Virus genome (UHGV): UHGV-1834803
Length of the DNA stretch: 42,379 bases
Direction: 5' to 3' (one strand)
From: a virus
Both the position numbers and the translations under genes were made by a program. The notes beneath the pieces are model-generated. The model was given only the letters and a program-made list of their open reading frames with translations, was not told the DNA's origin and did no database searches. Positions within the stretch are counted from its first letter, which is position 1, and the number at the start of each line of letters is the position of its first letter. Of this stretch, positions 39,647 to 42,379 are shown piece after piece.

Positions 39647-40909
39647 ATGCCTTTTTTAATTTTCATTATTATACTACTGCTCACCGTGATTTTTTGGGAT
39701 TGGGTTGTTTTAAATGGTCAAATTGTTGGAACATTGGCTACAGCATTTGCTTTTATAGCAACAGCATGGAATGCCTACGAAGCGAGAAAAAGTGCAAAAG
39801 CAGCTTTTTCAGCCCTTCAATTAACAACAGAATCATTGTTCGAAATGCGAAAGAGTGCATTTAAACAATGGTTTGATTCCTTATTAAATCAACATGATGA
39901 GCTATGTCTTCTTGCAAAACAAATTATCGATAAACGCAAAATTAATTTAAACAGCGATGAGTTACATAGACTATATTACCCATTGGTAAAACAGCATGAG
40001 GTAATACAGTATGTGAAGCATATTATTAATATTTTTGAGTATGTGGATAGTTCATTTTATATTGATGGGGAATGTCTAAAGGAAAAAAGAGCGTATGTGT
40101 CACAATTAATTTTCAAAATCCCACCTCAGATGAAGTTGATCATTGCTATCTTTGGATTAAAGATCGATTATTGTGAACATATTAATTCGGGAAAACTGTG
40201 TTGTTTATTAAATAAATATGATTTTTTCAATGATGAAATATTTTTTGATGATGCTTATTCAGATATGCCTTATCTGGATGCATTCATAAACCTTAGATTC
40301 AACAAAATATTCAAATCTCGAATGATAAATTATTTTGATAATATCATTAAAAGTTATTATGTTCCATCGGACGTTAAAAGGGACTGGATGTTTCGAGACC
40401 CAAAGCTCGTACCGTCGGTTCTTATGAATTATAAAACTCCTTGTTCTCCTATAATTAATGATTACTTTGAGAAGTTGCCTTTACATGTAAGAAACTACTT
40501 TGAGGAACTACTTAAAACCGCGAATGATAGAGTTACTCATTTTGACGTTTACATCCCACGCCTTATTGGTTGTTCAATCGTGCAACATTACGAAGATGTG
40601 CCTTCCGAAAAAAACAGGTTAAATGACAGGAATGATGTAATAGCTATGGCTGAAGATTACATCGAGAAAAGAAAATCTAATCAACTAGATTACATACTTG
40701 AAGATATATACTTCAAGAGTGACGAAGATATAATCCCAGGCCACCATTTGATTGTGGCATTTGATGACTATGAATTTAAATTATCACTCATTAAGATAAA
40801 TGAGAATAAAGATAGCGATAATCTTTTAAATCGAATTTATACTGAATCCAGTAGCATGGTTAAAGAATATAAGCGCGAAATATTAAAACTGGGCGACTAT
40901 GTAAAGTAA
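39647..40909 (+). CDS. AT-rich membrane-anchored protein of unknown function
   Basis: N-terminal hydrophobic helices then ~370-aa soluble domain; AT-rich, Asn/Lys/Ile/Tyr-rich composition unlike neighbours. Confidence 0.5.
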   Translation: MPFLIFIIILLLTVIFWDWVVLNGQIVGTLATAFAFIATAWNAYEARKSAKAAFSALQLTTESLFEMRKSAFKQWFDSLLNQHDELCLLAKQIIDKRKINLNSDELHRLYYPLVKQHEVIQYVKHIINIFEYVDSSFYIDGECLKEKRAYVSQLIFKIPPQMKLIIAIFGLKIDYCEHINSGKLCCLLNKYDFFNDEIFFDDAYSDMPYLDAFINLRFNKIFKSRMINYFDNIIKSYYVPSDVKRDWMFRDPKLVPSVLMNYKTPCSPIINDYFEKLPLHVRNYFEELLKTANDRVTHFDVYIPRLIGCSIVQHYEDVPSEKNRLNDRNDVIAMAEDYIEKRKSNQLDYILEDIYFKSDEDIIPGHHLIVAFDDYEFKLSLIKINENKDSDNLLNRIYTESSSMVKEYKREILKLGDYVK

Positions 40910-40923
40910 ATTGCACTGTTCAA

Positions 40924-40954
40924 CAAAAAAGGGGCCGAAGCCCCTTTGAATTTT
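40924..40954 (+). terminator. intrinsic terminator (GGGGC-CGAA-GCCCC + T-run)
   Basis: Hairpin and T-run 15 bp after the stop at 40909. Confidence 0.6.
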
Positions 40955-41019
40955 GCGCTGAAAAAAGTGTTGCTAGGATGTTAGCAAGCTATGGTTAAGA
41001 ACGTCTGCCGTAATTATCT

Positions 41020-41100
41020 ATCACAGCGTTGAGCGGTCTGGTTTATGTTAGCGGAGTCTTAATCGAGTTGATTAAAAGGCCAAACCGCTCAACGCTGTGT
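41020..41100 (-). other. long-stem hairpin immediately 3' of tRNA-Ser
   Basis: ~20-bp near-perfect inverted repeat (CACAGCGTTGAGCGGTCTGG / CCAAACCGCTCAACGCTGTG) around a ~40-nt loop. Confidence 0.35.
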
Positions 41101-41101
41101 C

Positions 41102-41188
41102 TGGCGGAGAGTAATGGAATCGAACCATCATCGTTTGCACAATGGGACGGTTTTCAAGACCGCTTGAGCACCATGCTCCCTACTCTCC
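41102..41188 (-). tRNA. tRNA-Ser (anticodon UGA), type II, encoded CCA
   Basis: Hand-folded: acceptor GGAGAGT/ACTCTCC, anticodon loop CTTGAAA, long variable arm, T-loop TTCGATT. Confidence 0.7.
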
Positions 41189-41287
41189 AGCTATTGTGAT
41201 GGTCGGTGCTGAACTCCGACACAGGGTTGTAGCAAGCCCCGCAAAGCGCGCACTACTGTAGTTGCGGCACATCAGCCTGTGCATTCA

Positions 41288-41367
41288 TCACAATGGTAAG
41301 ATCACTACCTTTCGACCAGTCATTGTGCACATGAACGACGATTAACCGTAATGATATTATCGTTGTG
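41288..41367 (-). ncRNA. long-stem hairpin element A (candidate small stable RNA)
   Basis: ~16-bp stem (CACAATGGTAAGATCA / TGATATTATCGTTGTG, with wobbles); paralogous to element B. Confidence 0.3.
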
Positions 41368-41417
41368 TTGTGAAGCCAGATGCTTATCTTCTGGTTGCTT
41401 CAAAGAGCTGCACTTCC

Positions 41418-41507
41418 TCACAACGGTAAGAGCACTGGTCTGACTCTATCGATTTACGGCCTTGTGGGTCAGTATCGCCGATTCGCCCAATGCTCTTACC
41501 TGTTGTG
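41418..41507 (-). ncRNA. long-stem hairpin element B (candidate small stable RNA), abutting the tRNA-Thr 3' end
   Basis: ~16-bp stem (CACAACGGTAAGAGCA / TGCTCTTACCTGTTGTG) around a ~55-nt interior. Confidence 0.3.
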
Positions 41508-41508
41508 T

Positions 41509-41584
41509 TGGTGCCGGTTAACGGACTTGAACCGCTGGCCATTCGCTTACAAAACGACTGCTCTACCAACTGAGCTAAACCGGC
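41509..41584 (-). tRNA. tRNA-Thr (anticodon UGU), encoded CCA
   Basis: Hand-folded 76-nt cloverleaf: acceptor GCCGGTT/AACCGGC, anticodon loop TTTGTAA, T-loop TTCAAGT. Confidence 0.65.
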
Positions 41585-41588
41585 AATT

Positions 41589-41675
41589 TGGTGGGGAGTG
41601 ATGGAGTCGAACCACCCGAGTCGCCATGACAGTAGATTTACAGTCTACACCGCTACCTCTACGGACTAACTCCCC
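41589..41675 (-). tRNA. tRNA-Tyr (anticodon GUA), type II, encoded CCA
   Basis: Acceptor GGGGAGT/ACTCCCC, anticodon stem-loop GTAGA-CTGTAAA-TCTAC, long variable arm. Confidence 0.75.
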
Positions 41676-41680
41676 TAAAT

Positions 41681-41755
41681 TGGCGATGGTGGGTGGATTC
41701 GAACCACCGACCAGTTGGTTAACAGCCAACTGCTCTACCGCTGAGCTACACCATC
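41681..41755 (-). tRNA. tRNA-Asn (anticodon GUU), encoded CCA
   Basis: Acceptor GATGGTG/CACCATC, anticodon stem-loop GTTGG-CTGTTAA-CCAAC, T-loop TTCGAAT. Confidence 0.75.
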
Positions 41756-42072
41756 AATTCAGCACTGCCAGTATTTATTACTCAACAGTGCCAATCGCGA
41801 CGGTTTAGTTTCTGCCAGGAAACGCACCGCTACTTGCACTTTTCGTTAGTGCCAGACGCTTTCGACTTCGCTCAATAGTAGAAGGGGGAACCGCAGAATT
41901 CGGAAAAAATCGTACGCTAAGCTAACGGTGTTCTCGTGACAGCTCTTTGACTAGGCTTTCTAAGGCCATTCTGATAGCCCTGACTTCCTGAAAAGCCATG
42001 GCTAAAATTTGTGCGGCTAAAAGGGATAACCGATGGTAAAGTAAGTTATCCCTGTCGAGATACTGAAAAGCG

Positions 42073-42379
42073 TTATCCTCGTTTTTCCCAAAACTGTTTT
42101 GCCAGTTCGCTCAGAGCGCTAGTTAACTGAGCGACAGATTTCGCACTTTGCAAATTATTCTGCCCGGTCTGTACATTGGTATCAGCAGCATCGCGTATAT
42201 TGATAATACTGCGGTTTATGTCTTCACTTACTGCTCCCTGCTGCTCGACCGCAGTCGCTATTTGCGCGTTCATGTCGGTAATTTCGTTAACGCGTTGGCC
42301 AATTCCATCAAGAGCTGTAGCTGCGGCACTGTTGCAAATAGTCGGTGGTGATAAACTTATCATCCCCTTTTGCTGATGG
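42073..42379 (-). CDS. partial ORF with MCP signalling-domain-like C-terminus (N-terminus beyond window)
   Basis: VNEITDMNAQIATAVEQQGAVSEDINRSIINIRDAADTN resembles the conserved C-terminal part of methyl-accepting chemotaxis proteins. Confidence 0.4.
   Translation of the reverse strand, partial: HQQKGMISLSPPTICNSAAATALDGIGQRVNEITDMNAQIATAVEQQGAVSEDINRSIINIRDAADTNVQTGQNNLQSAKSVAQLTSALSELAKQFWEKRG

Noticed and set aside
41380-41808. Track ORFs 41380..41601, 41384..41569, 41547..41729, 41626..41808
   Set aside because: They overlap hand-folded tRNA genes and hairpin elements; RNA genes explain the region better.
1-42379. Initial impression of a T5-like phage (SbcCD, FEN, RNR, DHFR, tRNAs)
   Set aside because: The polymerase is a DnaE/Pol III alpha type rather than the family A enzyme of T5, and the window carries a Rep-iteron replicon and an integrase.

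Overview
Dense, almost entirely minus-strand window that reads as a large phage or phage-plasmid DNA-metabolism and replication region; all calls rest on reading the six-frame translations and the sequence by eye, with no searches run. Recognisable genes: RNase HI, a Dam-type N6-adenine methyltransferase, a DnaQ-like exonuclease, a P-loop kinase, DHFR, thymidylate synthase, class Ia RNR (NrdA/NrdB), a RuvC-like resolvase, SbcC/SbcD-like nuclease, an SPFH lipoprotein, a RecA-like recombinase, a 5'-3' flap exonuclease, a putative gp32-like SSB, a DnaE-type Pol III alpha polymerase, and an AAA+ ATPase / vWA (CobS/CobT-like) pair. The one large plus-strand gene is a Rep initiator flanked by a DnaA box, a GATC cluster and about 17 copies of a 15-bp iteron, i.e. 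a plasmid-style origin. The right end holds an XRE regulator, a tyrosine integrase, a GrxA-like glutaredoxin, an AT-rich membrane-anchored orphan gene, four minus-strand tRNAs (Ser, Thr, Tyr, Asn) interleaved with long-stem hairpins, and a partial MCP-like ORF running off the window. The strongest candidates for something undescribed are the AT-rich orphan gene beside the integrase, the ~560-bp ORF-free structured region next to rnhA, and the AAA+/vWA pair; none can be confirmed from sequence alone.
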